Source of the DNA: Calcarisporiella thermophila CBS 279.70
Lineage: Eukaryota > Fungi > Calcarisporiellomycota
Length of the DNA: 64,000 bases
NCBI RefSeq assembly: GCF_041956535.1
Contig: NW_027192202.1
Span: 781,142 to 845,141 of the forward strand
Direction of reading: 5' to 3'
Below the pieces are notes generated by a model that saw only the letters and a program-made list of their open reading frames with translations, did not search any database and was not told where the DNA came from. The position numbers were made by a program, and so were the translations under genes. Positions 16,877-28,276 of the stretch are shown one piece after another. Numbering within the stretch: position 1 is the stretch's first letter; every line of letters starts with the position of its first letter.

Positions 16877-16886
16877 TATTTATATA
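16877..16886 (-). promoter_or_regulatory. TATA box (TATATAAATA) for the microprotein gene
   Basis: About 190 nt upstream of ATG 16684, followed by a pyrimidine-rich leader. Confidence 0.55.
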
Positions 16887-17733
16887 TTTCTCTATTCTGC
16901 GTGAACCCTCCGCTCTTTACTAAAAAGTTTTTCCTTTACGAAAAGTATAAAGTATAAATAAGAACGAAGAATAGAGGACAAAAAGGCCAATGCTATATAT
17001 TCTTTATATAACTGGTGGCTTAGAGCATGCTTCATGCTCGTGTTCACAAACGGACTTGCAATTAACCTTATCACAACGTGTCTCTTCCCCCGTTTCTCCG
17101 ACATTGCCAAAAAAAACCCCCCCATGCGCTCTATGTGCTGCGCGCCGCACGTCTTTTGCTTTGCGACCGGCCGCCCGCGCGGTAGAGCCAGCTTGCGCGT
17201 GCACTCCCTCGGCTCGCCAGCACGGCTCGAGCTGGGTCGAGTCAAGCGCTTGCAATACAAAGAGTAAGGTTGGATTCGGAATTTCCGATGCATAAAGGAC
17301 CAGGCGAAGATCCTTACTTTGTGTGCCGTTGACGTCAAGTCAAAACCAACTCAAAGCGGCCATTAGAGGAGCAAAAAATGGCCTCATTTCGGTGCACGCC
17401 GTTTGATTCGGGGGATCGCTAGCGTCCCTCTCTCCTGGTCCCATAAATATGGTTTGAGCCGTATCCGTCTGTGGCTAAAAAAGGCCCATTCCGTTCTTGG
17501 GCTGCGAGGTTTTGACATTGCGCCGGGCCTACCACTGGCTAAGCTAAAAAAAATCCGCTGCAACCCAAGGCTGCGAGCTTCTGAACACAATCTTTTTTTT
17601 TTGGTCGCCCGCCTATTCTGCCTGGAAGAACATCTTTCCTAGAATCGTGTCGCCGAAACGCCATTAATGGGCATTTTGCAGCCTAAGTCTTCAACCAAGC
17701 CAAGGGGCCATCGGCAATGCATGGCATGCTTGC

Positions 17734-17782
17734 GGGATTGGATGATGCCACCAGGCCTTTTCGGAAGGCATCATCCAATCCC
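17734..17782. repeat. Perfect 16-bp inverted repeat with 17-nt spacer
   Basis: GGGATTGGATGATGCC ... GGCATCATCCAATCCC. Confidence 0.85.
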
Positions 17783-18489
17783 ACATGGCGCGGAGAGGCC
17801 ACCAGCTCATGGCGTGCGGTGGCCACGCTCGTCCAGTCCGTCATCTCGTCATATTATTAACATGAATAGGAAGCTTACACGAAATATATTGCGAGATTGG
17901 ATTATTAAGAGAGTAGAACGCGCACGCAAAGCTTCTTTTTCTCAGCTCCTCCGTCAGGCCCGTGCCATAAGCCCATATCCGCTCCGGAGGCATCGAGCGA
18001 AGCACCGGCGGGATCGTGTTGCACGTGGAAGTAGAGATAAGGGGAGAGCTAAAGGCGCAAATGTGGCCTGCCATTGGAAAATCGAAATCGCTTAGGAGGA
18101 GCCCACCCCTTCTTTTCCCCATTTTTTCTCCTAAGAATGGCTCCTGAAAGCGGAAGCTTCAGTTGCCTTTTGTTGCTTGAGACCACTTAGCCCGGGAACA
18201 AAGGCATTATCTCATCCTGCTTAAGCTTTGACCTGAAAACATTCGGAAAGAGGAGCACCGCACATAGACAAATATAGGATAATGGTGCCCTTGGGCGATA
18301 ATTGACTGAAGGAAAAAAAAACAAAACAGGAAACCTTCCCGTGGTTGATTTGATTTTGCCACCCTATTCTTACCATCCCCGATGAATATCAGGCGAGGGG
18401 CCAAAATAAATAGATGTGTGGCTTAGCCGTTTGTATTTGTTTATTTCGAGCATTTTTCACGGCAAGACTAGAAACCCATCCAGATCACA

Positions 18490-19193
18490 ATGGCTCTCCG
18501 ATGGCTAACACGGAGCTTCACATGCCTTTCTCCAGCATCGCGTCCCACTCTCACAACCTTTAATTCCCGTCCAAATCTATTACCATGCCGCACGATGGCC
18601 ATGCACACACCCCTCGCGGGTGATCTCTACGTCACAGCAGGAGCCGTTAGCGCCAACACTCCCGCCAATCCCTCACTCCACCGTCTCCGATCCATGCCCG
18701 TTGCGAAGCCTAAACCCCAGAAGCTCGACAACATCGGCCGTGCCTACGGATTGGGAAGGCGCAAAGAAGCCGTGGCGCGAGTCTGGGTGGTGGAGGGTGA
18801 CGGCCAAGTGCTTGTGAATGGAAAACCCCTTGCTGAATACTTCGATAGGCTGACGGATAGAGAGGAGGTTCTCTTTCCGTTCTCAGTCACCGGCGAGCTG
18901 GGGCGGTACAATGTGTGGTGTCTGGCCGAGGGTGGCGGGTCAACCGGCCAGTCCCAGGCCATTAAGCTTGGAGTCACGCGGGCACTCTTGGTCCACAACC
19001 CAGCATTAAAACCTACACTGCGCAAAGGTAAATCTGATTCCCTACTGTGATCTCTTCCTAGTGGCATCACTGACTTGCCCCATCTCCCCCCACACCCCTA
19101 GCTGGCTGCGTCACACGTGATTTCCGTACGGTCGAGAGAAAGAAGCCGGGTCAGGCCAAGGCTCGCAAGAAGTACACCTGGGTCAAGCGTTAG
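18490..19193 (+). CDS. MRPS9: Mitochondrial ribosomal protein uS9m, 2 exons
   Basis: [37 protein letters not shown]. Confidence 0.93.
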
Positions 19194-19649
19194 ATGGGCT
19201 TTGTTATGTTTATTTACAGAATTTGTTGCTGCTGTTTGTTCTATTTCAAATATAAATGAGTGTCTTTATTAGCCGCTGTTAAAGAAAGTGCGTGTTCATA
19301 CAAGGATGGATAGATAGTGGACTCTTTCTTTTGGTATATACATAAAAAATAAAGGATGTAAAGGTGCACGTGCACGGGGGACAATGGAGGGAGTGGAATG
19401 TGCAATAGATAAAGAGAAAAAGGGCTGAATCAAATAAAAAACATATATGTGTACAGAGAGGTAAAAAAAAAAGGGGGGGGGGAGGGCATATTAAGCATAG
19501 AGCATATTGATTAAAATCTAAGGGCTATTTCTAATAAAAAGAAGGTGCTAAAAACAAAACGATGAGGGTATATTGAAAGCAGATTAAATTAGGATACTTT
19601 AACTCCATTCACAAAAAGACCATCATAGGGTAACAGCTCTAGCGTGGAA

Positions 19650-20856
19650 ATGTCTTGCGCATCATCGGTCGAGCAGTTGCCCGCATCACCTTCCTCCATT
19701 GGAGGGAACGAGAGGTAGGTAAACTCGCTCTCCGTCTTCTCACAATCCATGGCACATTTCTCTTTGTCCTTCATTTTCTCCTTTTCTTTTTCGCTGATGA
19801 TGGAAATGGCAGCATGACGCGCGAGAAGCATAGATGAAGCTGAGACGGCCTTAACGGACGACAGTTTTGGATGAAGGGCATGAGCAGTGGCAATGCGATG
19901 GAAGAGGCCTTTGAACTCACCGCCTGCATTACGGTGGCGATGGGGGCTCTTTTTCGAGGGTTGATGCTGCCTTTTTCTTGTTTGCATCCTCAATACTAAT
20001 CTGGGGATGGAACGCGTTCTAAGATGATGATTCTGAGTAATGGTCAAATAACACAGGGTGAAAATGCCGGTCGTGAAATATTTAATTTAATGCGCCACTA
20101 CCCCGCACCATTTCACACTTGTTCCAAAATTCCCATACATCCTTTTTGTACCTTTGTGCCGTAACTCTCTTCCTTATCTTTATTGTTTTCTTTTTGCTCT
20201 TCATTTTGAATTCCCATTCAAAGCCTCTCCCAGAATGGCGACGATTCCTTTCCTCACTCAACGCAAAGAACGACCCTTGAAGGCCAATATCCTCTTCCCC
20301 GAAATTCGACGCGAGCTGGTCTCCAACCGTAAGCTGGTGGGAGGGCTGCGAGGTCTCTTTATCGTAACGGTGAAGAAGCGAGGGAGGCCGCAGCAGGACT
20401 GGTATACATAACCTTCTCCAGCTTTCACATGGACCTCCAAGTAATATGCTCCGCGAGAAAATAGGTACTTGCTTTTCAACGGCCAAGAACAAGACCCAGT
20501 AGTGTCCAAGGTAAGGCCTTCCCTTCCAGAGATGGACGCGACCAGCAACAAGACCACGTAAGTACACGCGGAGAGAGGTTTTTTAATTTCAGCGCGGCGG
20601 AAACCTGCTCAACCCCCCCCCCCCCCTTTTTGTTGGTGCTCGTAGACCTGTCGTACTTGCGGAGATCGAGGATCGTGAGCTCGTCAACTTTGCGACGGGC
20701 GGTAAGAGTGGATGGAACCTGCTGATGACGGGGAAACTCAAGGTCGGCGGGGATCTCGAAGTGGCCTCGAAGCTGGAGAAAATTTTGAAGAACACGGGCG
20801 GCGTGGAGAAGGTGCTCAGAGTGCTGAAGCAGAGTACGCGGTCATCCAAATTGTAG
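19650..20856 (+). CDS. SCP2 (sterol carrier)-domain protein with peroxisomal PTS1; core starts at ATG 20235, possible upstream exon 19650-19714
   Basis: LLMTGKLKVGGDLEVASKLE SCP2 signature; ends ...RSSKL*. Confidence 0.75.
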
Positions 20857-21038
20857 TTCTAACCTTGGTGGACCCCGTTGCTCAGGATCGAAGGTCCACT
20901 CCGATGGCCATGCCTAGTTTAAATAACCTCACTTCTAGTTTATTATTTATGAGGGCTTGCGAGTGCCTTGGATAACTCGAGGAAATACACCTCTTTTAAT
21001 AAATAACCAAGAGATAAATAGCGTGCCGAAATGGAAAT

Positions 21039-21695
21039 CTAATGCTGTACAGTGATGACAAACTTCTCCTCCTCTCCCCTTAAATCTAAACAAGTCAAAT
21101 CCTGGACCACAACCGTGGGCTCCTCGGGAACAATCTCCTCCCGCACATGTGAGGTTAGGACGGCAATGGTCAACATCCCGGCGGCCTTGCCGCTCTTGAT
21201 TCCTGCAGGAGCGTCCTCAAACACAATGCAGTCCTTTGGATCCACCCCGAGTTGCCGTGCAGCTTGAAGATAGGGCTCGGGATGAGGCTTTCCATTCGTG
21301 ACCTTATCAGCACTTACCAAGACGTTTGGAACGGGTAGGCCCATTTGTTGCAATCTCGTCCGTGCATGGTATTCGGTCCCGCTCGTCACAACGGCCCATC
21401 GGCCCTCGGGCAACTGCTCCAGGATGGACTTCACCCCAGGTAACGCCACCACCCCATCCACATCCTTGCAGACTCGACGTTCCAGCTCAATGGCCGCCTC
21501 CACGGTGCCCTTGCCAGGGAAGTAGTACTCGATAATATCCATGGAGCGGCGTCCATGCATTATTGCGAAGACCTCGGATGGGGCGATGCCGTGTTCCACT
21601 GCCCATTCGGTCCAGCAGCGCTCAACCGCAGATTTGGTATCGATCAATGTGCCATCCAGATCAAAAAGGAGGGCACGGGATTGAAGGGTGGTCAT
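21039..21695 (-). CDS. HAD-family sugar/glycerol-phosphate phosphatase (DOG/GPP/YfbT-like), intronless
   Basis: LLFDLDGTL, VVTSG, GKPHPEPY, FEDAPAG; TATAAATA near 21770 supports the MTTLQ start. Confidence 0.88.
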   Translation of the reverse strand: MTTLQSRALLFDLDGTLIDTKSAVERCWTEWAVEHGIAPSEVFAIMHGRRSMDIIEYYFPGKGTVEAAIELERRVCKDVDGVVALPGVKSILEQLPEGRWAVVTSGTEYHARTRLQQMGLPVPNVLVSADKVTNGKPHPEPYLQAARQLGVDPKDCIVFEDAPAGIKSGKAAGMLTIAVLTSHVREEIVPEEPTVVVQDLTCLDLRGEEEKFVITVQH

Positions 21696-22161
21696 GACGT
21701 TTGGAATGGTGTGCTTTGGAATAGAGGGTGAAAAAAGACTCGAAAAAGGGGTTCGGCCATTGAAGTTATTTATACATGAATTGTTTAAAAACGTGGGGGG
21801 CCTTAAATGGTTAACTGCATTCATCGCTGAGACCAATTTGGTTACTAGGCTATTTGAGTATTTCAAAGGCCTATCAAAGCAGCCATGAGTCAAAACTTCG
21901 TCACTAGACCAGCTGCTCTAGCCTCCCCTCACTCTCAGCATTGGTCATGGAAACGAAGCATGTCCCCCAAAGGACCCAAGGCAAAGCAGATTAGTGGATT
22001 GGGTTTGAATTGTGCTATATTTCATTGACTTTTCGTTGGTGAGGAAATAAAAAGGGAAAGTAAAATAGAAGAGAATAAAATAAAAAGATAAAATAAGAGC
22101 GAGGATATAGAAAATGGAGCTTCCCCCCCCTCCCCAAAATAGACCCAAGAAAACCACTCCG

Positions 22162-23860
22162 CTATTGCTTCTTGCGTGCTCGTCTCGGTTCGGGGAAGGA
22201 TATCGGGGGCTTCAGCACCGCTCTTCGCATATTCTTAGCCTCCGCATTGTCCACTCCAAGTTGGATCTTTTGGGTTTCTGTCAGCTTCTCGATTCTGCAC
22301 CCTAGAGATTTGAAGAGCTCGATGGTGCGAGAGGGCTTGAGGGCAAAGTCGGCCGCAAGCACATGCGGATCGGTGTCGAAATTGTCGATGTGCAAGCAGA
22401 GTGCAAAAGCGTAGCACAGCAGACGATCTTTGGAGATGGGAGTCTTGCGAGGCCTGCAGATGATCAGGGAAGAAAAACCAAGCAAAACAAAAAAGTTAGT
22501 CCATACTAGCTTCAGGGGGGGGGGTAGAGGTGGCAGCGGCGGGGGAATTTTACTTTTTGATTCTCGCGCCCAAAGCAGGTGCCTCGGTGTACCGCCGATA
22601 CAGCTGATCGAGAATCACCGTCGGGGGTTTGTCCAGGGCATTGATGGCATTTTCCTTTTTGCCGATCTTGATGCCGTCGATGAAGTGGAAGGCCATCATA
22701 TAGGACAGATACACCAGTAGCCGCAGCTCCTTATGATTCTTTTTCTCTGCGCTAAAGAGGGTGATCAGACGCTCTCGGATATATTTCGAGGTCCTAGTGG
22801 GAAGAGAGAAACAAGGCAATCCGTCAGTATCCGTCACACGCTATTGCTACCCGAAGTGGGAGAGCGTACTTGAATGGCAGCATCTGACAAAACTCGTCGG
22901 CTGAGCCGGCCTCCAGATATTTCTTCAGTGGAATGGCGTTCATTTCTGCTACGGTGACAATGTCGCTCAGTTTATAAACGTCTTCAGGCCGCTCTGCCTT
23001 GACGTTTGGAGGAGGAATGGGGCGTTCGGAATTTGCTTCGGCCTGGACCTCTTCGCGGGTCGGCATACTACTTGTTCGCTCCTCCACCGCACTCTGAATG
23101 ACTTCTGCGTCCCGGTTCAGCACCTCCATGTTGACCCGGTTGCGCTCGTAAGATTTGATCATTTGTTTTGTCTTCTTAGTACCGAAAGCTTCACCCAGTG
23201 CGTTCTTCGCCCTCATAAACTAGATGGGGGAGGAGGGGCAAAGTTTTAGCATCGAATAAGGGATATTCGTCAAAGAAAAAAGTCCACGCTACCTCTGTCT
23301 GGCTATCAACCTGAGAATTCAGATTCTTGAGTGCTTTTACTGTCCGGGTCAGCGGAAAGAGAGGGGCCTCCATAAACGTCAATGTATTGCTTTTACGATC
23401 TAGCATACCCACCACATATCTACCGGGATACGTACAAGAAGAATAAAGACGGTGTTTAACCAAACCAGAATTGGAACCGTGGATCCATGTCCTGTTAGTG
23501 GAGCTCTTCTCACCTGCTGTTCACCTCACTCACCGCATATTCACCGAAATTCCCTCCCACAAATTCGATCTTGTCTGTTTCACCAGCAATGATGCGCTGC
23601 TCTGTCTTTGTTTTGGAAGTGCTGCGCTTGTAGCACTTGAAGACGGTGTTATCGGGAGGGACAATCCCCGGGAAAGTGACTGAATACCCACAAGAATTCA
23701 TTCAGTATAATGGGTAGGGTTTCAAGTAAAATGACATCGCAGCAAGGAAAATACCTAGAACAGGGCCATTGGCATTACTCTCGGTCTCTAGCTTGCGGAG
23801 TTTAATGGCAGAGGCGCTCTCTTCCTCGCGTGCATGGTGTTTCCGTTTTCCGGGGGACAT
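22162..23860 (-). CDS. RPA49: RNA polymerase I subunit A49, multi-exon
   Basis: KNALGEAFGTKK, RPIPPPN..A..PEDVY, LFKSLGC, LKPPISFP. Confidence 0.9.
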
Positions 23861-23933
23861 GATTCCCTTTAATGCTTATGAAAAAATTCGACCAAGTCTT
23901 CTCGAACAGCGATAAATAGGGTGTTTTATTTAT

Positions 23934-23941
23934 TGTGACTG
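23934..23941. promoter_or_regulatory. Homol-D-like box TGTGACTG (RPA49/NDUFB9 promoter)
   Basis: Exact 8-mer in a ~200-bp divergent intergenic region. Confidence 0.55.
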
Positions 23942-24057
23942 GACTGATTTCAGATGCCTCTGAGAGACAACGTCACCCCATCCTACCCCCCATCTTCGGT
24001 CTAAACTTCTGCGTCCCCTTACCCCCCCTCTCTAAACAAAAAGCTTCGATCGCAACC

Positions 24058-24495
24058 ATGAGCTCTCCCGCACACACCCGCTACGTCCAATCACTATACC
24101 GTCGTGCGCTCCGTCTTTCTCAAGATTGGTACTATGTCCGACGTGAGTTTGCCCGCGAGAAAGCCGTTGAGATCAGGGCACGCTTTGAGAAAAACCGGAA
24201 CATTACCAATCCCAAGGCCATCGAGCGCCTGACGCAGAGCGCTGAGCGGGAGTTGGAGGAATTCGCACATCCAGATCCTTATAAATGTGAGACGGATATA
24301 TTACGGTACTATTCCGAGACATGGATGTTAATTTAATTTCTTTTTATTTTTTTCAACACCATAGATCCTACAGCGCCTGATGGTAGCAAGTGGGAACGCA
24401 ATCTTCCCCCTCGCATGGTATGCCTCGTATTATAGATAGACTTTATTGCCTATCGACTGACAATTTTATATCAATAATAGGACGGCCACCACTAG
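24058..24495 (+). CDS. NDUFB9: Complex I LYR subunit NDUFB9/B22, 3 exons
   Basis: SLYRRALR, HPDPY, PDGSKWERN. Confidence 0.9.
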
Positions 24496-24861
24496 AGCTC
24501 ATAATCGATGAGGTTTCATGATGTAGAGGGAAAGTCGGATGTTATTTTTTGTTTTTATTTTCCTGCATAGAGAGGCTCCTTTTTTTTTTTCTTTCTCTAT
24601 CCCCCCCTTTTTTTTAATTGTATGTTTCGGAAGAAAAAAAAAATATGTTGAATAGATTCCTTTTACCATTGATTGCGACGATTAGCACGATGCTTAACAG
24701 TCTCCCTTCACCCCAATATTATAGAAAGTTTATTTCTCTAAGAAGAAAGGGGACTCCACCCAGACGGTCGACTATCCAAAGGACTACACTTTGGGGTGAA
24801 AACGAAAAAAAAAAAAAACAATATACAAAGAAAAATATTAGATTGCTGTACGATGCTATTC

Positions 24862-26093
24862 TTAATTCGCAATACTGCTCTGTGCCTCGTTCTCTACTGG
24901 CTTCTCTCCATTTGCCTCTCCAGTCGGCTCCTGCTTTTTCTTCTCCTTCTTCTCCTTGGGCTTCTTCACCACCTTCTCAGGAGGGGGGTAAGCTTGATTC
25001 GCAAGCTCCACCATCTCGGGGCGTTTGAAGGCCTCCCGGATGGGCTCCAGCAGTGCGTTGAGTGCCTCGGTGACCGAATTCTTGAGGTCCCCGGGGTGCA
25101 CCTGCTTCTCCGCAAAGTCCTTCTCGAGCGAGGCATAGTCTTCGTAGACGACGTCTCCTCCGTACTTCTCCGGCCTCCGAATGGTAAAGGTCGGCTTCCC
25201 GTTCGATCCGAGCGAGCTGATGGGGAACAGCACCGATTTGACGAAAGCGAGGACGCCGTTGTCCTCGATGTTGCCCTCCTCGCAGAAGGCCTTCTTTAAC
25301 TTCTTCTTGACCGTCGCCGCATCATCCAACAAATCGATCTTCGAGTCCGGATCCGAGGCAGACATCTTTGACCCAGCCAATCCGGGCACCATGGGGTTCA
25401 TCAAGTGCGAGCGCTTCTTGTAGCCAAGAGAGGGCATGCACTTCTCCGCCAAAATGAAAATCTTGCGCTGATCCACCCCACCAAACTGAGCGTCCACATC
25501 CAGGAATTCCTCGTCCAAGGCCTGCATCCCAGGGTAGAGCAGCCCGGAGAGGAGGGGGTTTGCAACCTGCTTCACCACCTCGGCCCCAGCTTTCTTTGCA
25601 TCATGCTCTGTCACATGGGCTGTCATTTTGAAGATCGCCATGGAGTATTCGGGAGTCAGCTGGTAATCCGAGCCGATGACAAAGCGGAGCTTGTCGATGG
25701 GGACTCCAATCGAGGTCAGCACAGCCTTAATAATAGCCTCGTAGTACTTGGTCCGGTACTTGACGAGTTCAAGGGGCGCTTTAAGATTGTCAAGAAAAGC
25801 ATGGATGTCAGCGAGCAAGATCGTCACCTGAAGATGCTTAGAGGTTAGAAAACGAAAAATAAATGATGCGAATCAGCAATCATAGCAACCTGGCATCCTG
25901 CAGCCAAGAAATCGGCAATTTTCGACATGGGGACGAAGTACCCAACATGAGGTCTTCCTGTAGGAGCAGTGCCCCAGTACAATTTAAGATCCCTCTCCTT
26001 CAGCACAGTCTTGATCTGCTCCTCTCCGAGCACCTCTTGTAAGTTGCGAGTGATGAGATTGTATTTTTCGTCTGCACTTAGCGAAGGAGACAT
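24862..26093 (-). CDS. TYS1: Cytosolic tyrosyl-tRNA synthetase, 2 exons
   Basis: [28 protein letters not shown]. Confidence 0.95.
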
Positions 26094-28276
26094 TGTATTC
26101 TAAAGGGGTTGATTCTAAAAACTAGGAATGAAAGGAATAACACAAACCAGAATAGAAGCGTAAATAAAATTGGCTCAGGCTTCAATCTGACAAGAATTGA
26201 TTCAGAAATAATAATAATATCTCAACTCCATCCTGTTGCATATCAGTTGCACTTGAAAAAAAAAAATTGAGCCAGCCAAGGGGGGGGGGGGGCTGCGGCA
26301 AAGGCTGGTCCTACATAGAGGGGAGCATTGTTGCAATACGAGAGGCTCCTTACAACGATCTTGGCCTTGAATGTGGGCGGTAGTAGCTGCCCGAGTCGCT
26401 TAACCTCAGCATATCCCTCGGCCAAGGGCAAGAGGGGGGCGAAAATGTTTCTTCTTCCACCCTCTCCACACATTGCTTGGGGGGGACTGTTGCCGCTGCC
26501 CCAGATTCTTGTCTTAAATGGCGTAGCAGAGTCAAATCCTCGAGGTCTCAGTGCTCTCGAATAGAATGATCGAATCTGGGCGGGGCGACTTCCTCCTGTT
26601 AGACACGGTCGGAAGAGGGCAAACCTGTATCCTAAAGGGCTCACTAGCCACTCAGCCGCGAATTAGTCAGGCCAAGGGCCAGCTATTGGAAGGGAAAAAT
26701 ATATACGGGGCATGGCTTCAAAGCTTTTGCCAAAAAGAAGGGAAAACAAGTGCGTAAGCTCAAAGGGATGCAGCAATGTATTAGCATCACTTGATCAGCT
26801 ATTCTTAAGGCTGTGCGCGGGGGACAGGCCGGGAGAACACAAAGTGGGCGTTGCAGACCCCACAGAACGGCACTGAAGGCATGAGGAATGCCAGGCCAAG
26901 TGCCGGTAGGATGGGCATAAAGGCCAGGGAGGAAGTCTGCCGACTTTTCGGCGGCAAAGAATCGGCTGGCGTGCGAGGATAGGCAGGTTGCGCGGAAAAA
27001 AAACAACACATCAATGGCTTTTAGGATCGGGTCTTTAAGATTTTCTCCGAATCAGAATGTTTTAATAGGAAGCTGATAAGGATGTTTGTTTGTGGGGGGA
27101 AATATCCCCACTCATTAGGTAAAAGTCGGAAGGAAGGAAAGAGACAGTCGTCTCCAAAGATAAAGCCGGTGGGGTGTTACGGAGTCTGTTTGGTTGGAAA
27201 TGCATTCATGTTACCTCAATCTGAGGAGAAACAATAGACGCAATGACGGGAATGAGGTTGGCACTAAAGCCGAGCACGGCGGACAAAGCCAAAGGGCTAG
27301 GCCCGTCGAGGAGCGGGTAGAGGCTATGCGGCGTCGGTAGCGACGGGAAGTCTCGAAGGATCGAAAGAGAACAACCTTATTGCGCCGCGGCCCTTGCGTT
27401 GTTTATATAGGGGATGGGGGGGGGGGGGCCGTGGCGTCATGTGCGTATGCACCTGAAATGGTCGGAGCGCATCCTGTGCTGTTGCGTGGATGTCAATGGA
27501 TGGCATAATCAAGCACAAGCAGGGCCGGCTAGCGTTGTTTTGGGGGAAAGAGCCACAGTGGAGGGCGGACACAGGGCCACGCGAAACGATCTGCGTTTGT
27601 TGGCTTCCGAACTGCTCCGCGTTTGTCATGATGGTAAAACAGCGCACCGCCAAATGATATGCACCCCAGATCAGTGCGTGCAGCGGTGGGTGTGTAATGG
27701 TGTAATTGCAGAATTTCTCATGGAGCTTACCGCTTCCGTATTTGCCATGTCCCTTCGATTTTATATATGCTCCCTTCTTCACCCTCTTGTCTCTGACTTC
27801 TTTGCCGCTCTTCTTCTTGGGAGAATTTAAGAGAATTTAAGCCACTTGTATTTGGTTGCGATATTGTCTTGATGTGAGATCCCATCTCTGTTGCAAACCG
27901 TTTTTTTTTCTGAGAGAATTAGCATGAAAATATAACCACACCCCCTTGTGAATCCCCTCCTATTAATCCTGCCCTGCTGTTACTCTTCCCATCCCTCCTC
28001 TGCCCTAGAGTATCTTTCTCCTATCTGGCTTCACCTGATTGAAGATTCATTCTTCTTTCCCAGCAATCCATATTATTCTCCACTCTTCTCAGCTTCTTAT
28101 CTCTCTTCTCTCGGTCCATGCCGCGTGAACTTGTAGTGTCGACAGACGGTCTGCTGTGCATTGAAACTACATAGGAGTCATATCTTGTATTAATCGGCAA
28201 TCTTGGCAGGTAATCTCTAACGATTTCCGGCGTGGGCTTCCGCCTTATTTGCTGATGTCTCATTCATTTTGCAGCC

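Noticed and set aside
17667-18095. 142-aa ORF in the intergenic region
   Set aside because: No domain or coding-like character; likely a chance ORF in GC-rich promoter DNA
19795-19843. TGATGA...CTGA as a C/D snoRNA
   Set aside because: Too short, no terminal stem or recognisable guide
21696-21893. N-terminal extension of the HAD ORF in the track
   Set aside because: Spans the TATA box; the domain begins at MTTLQ
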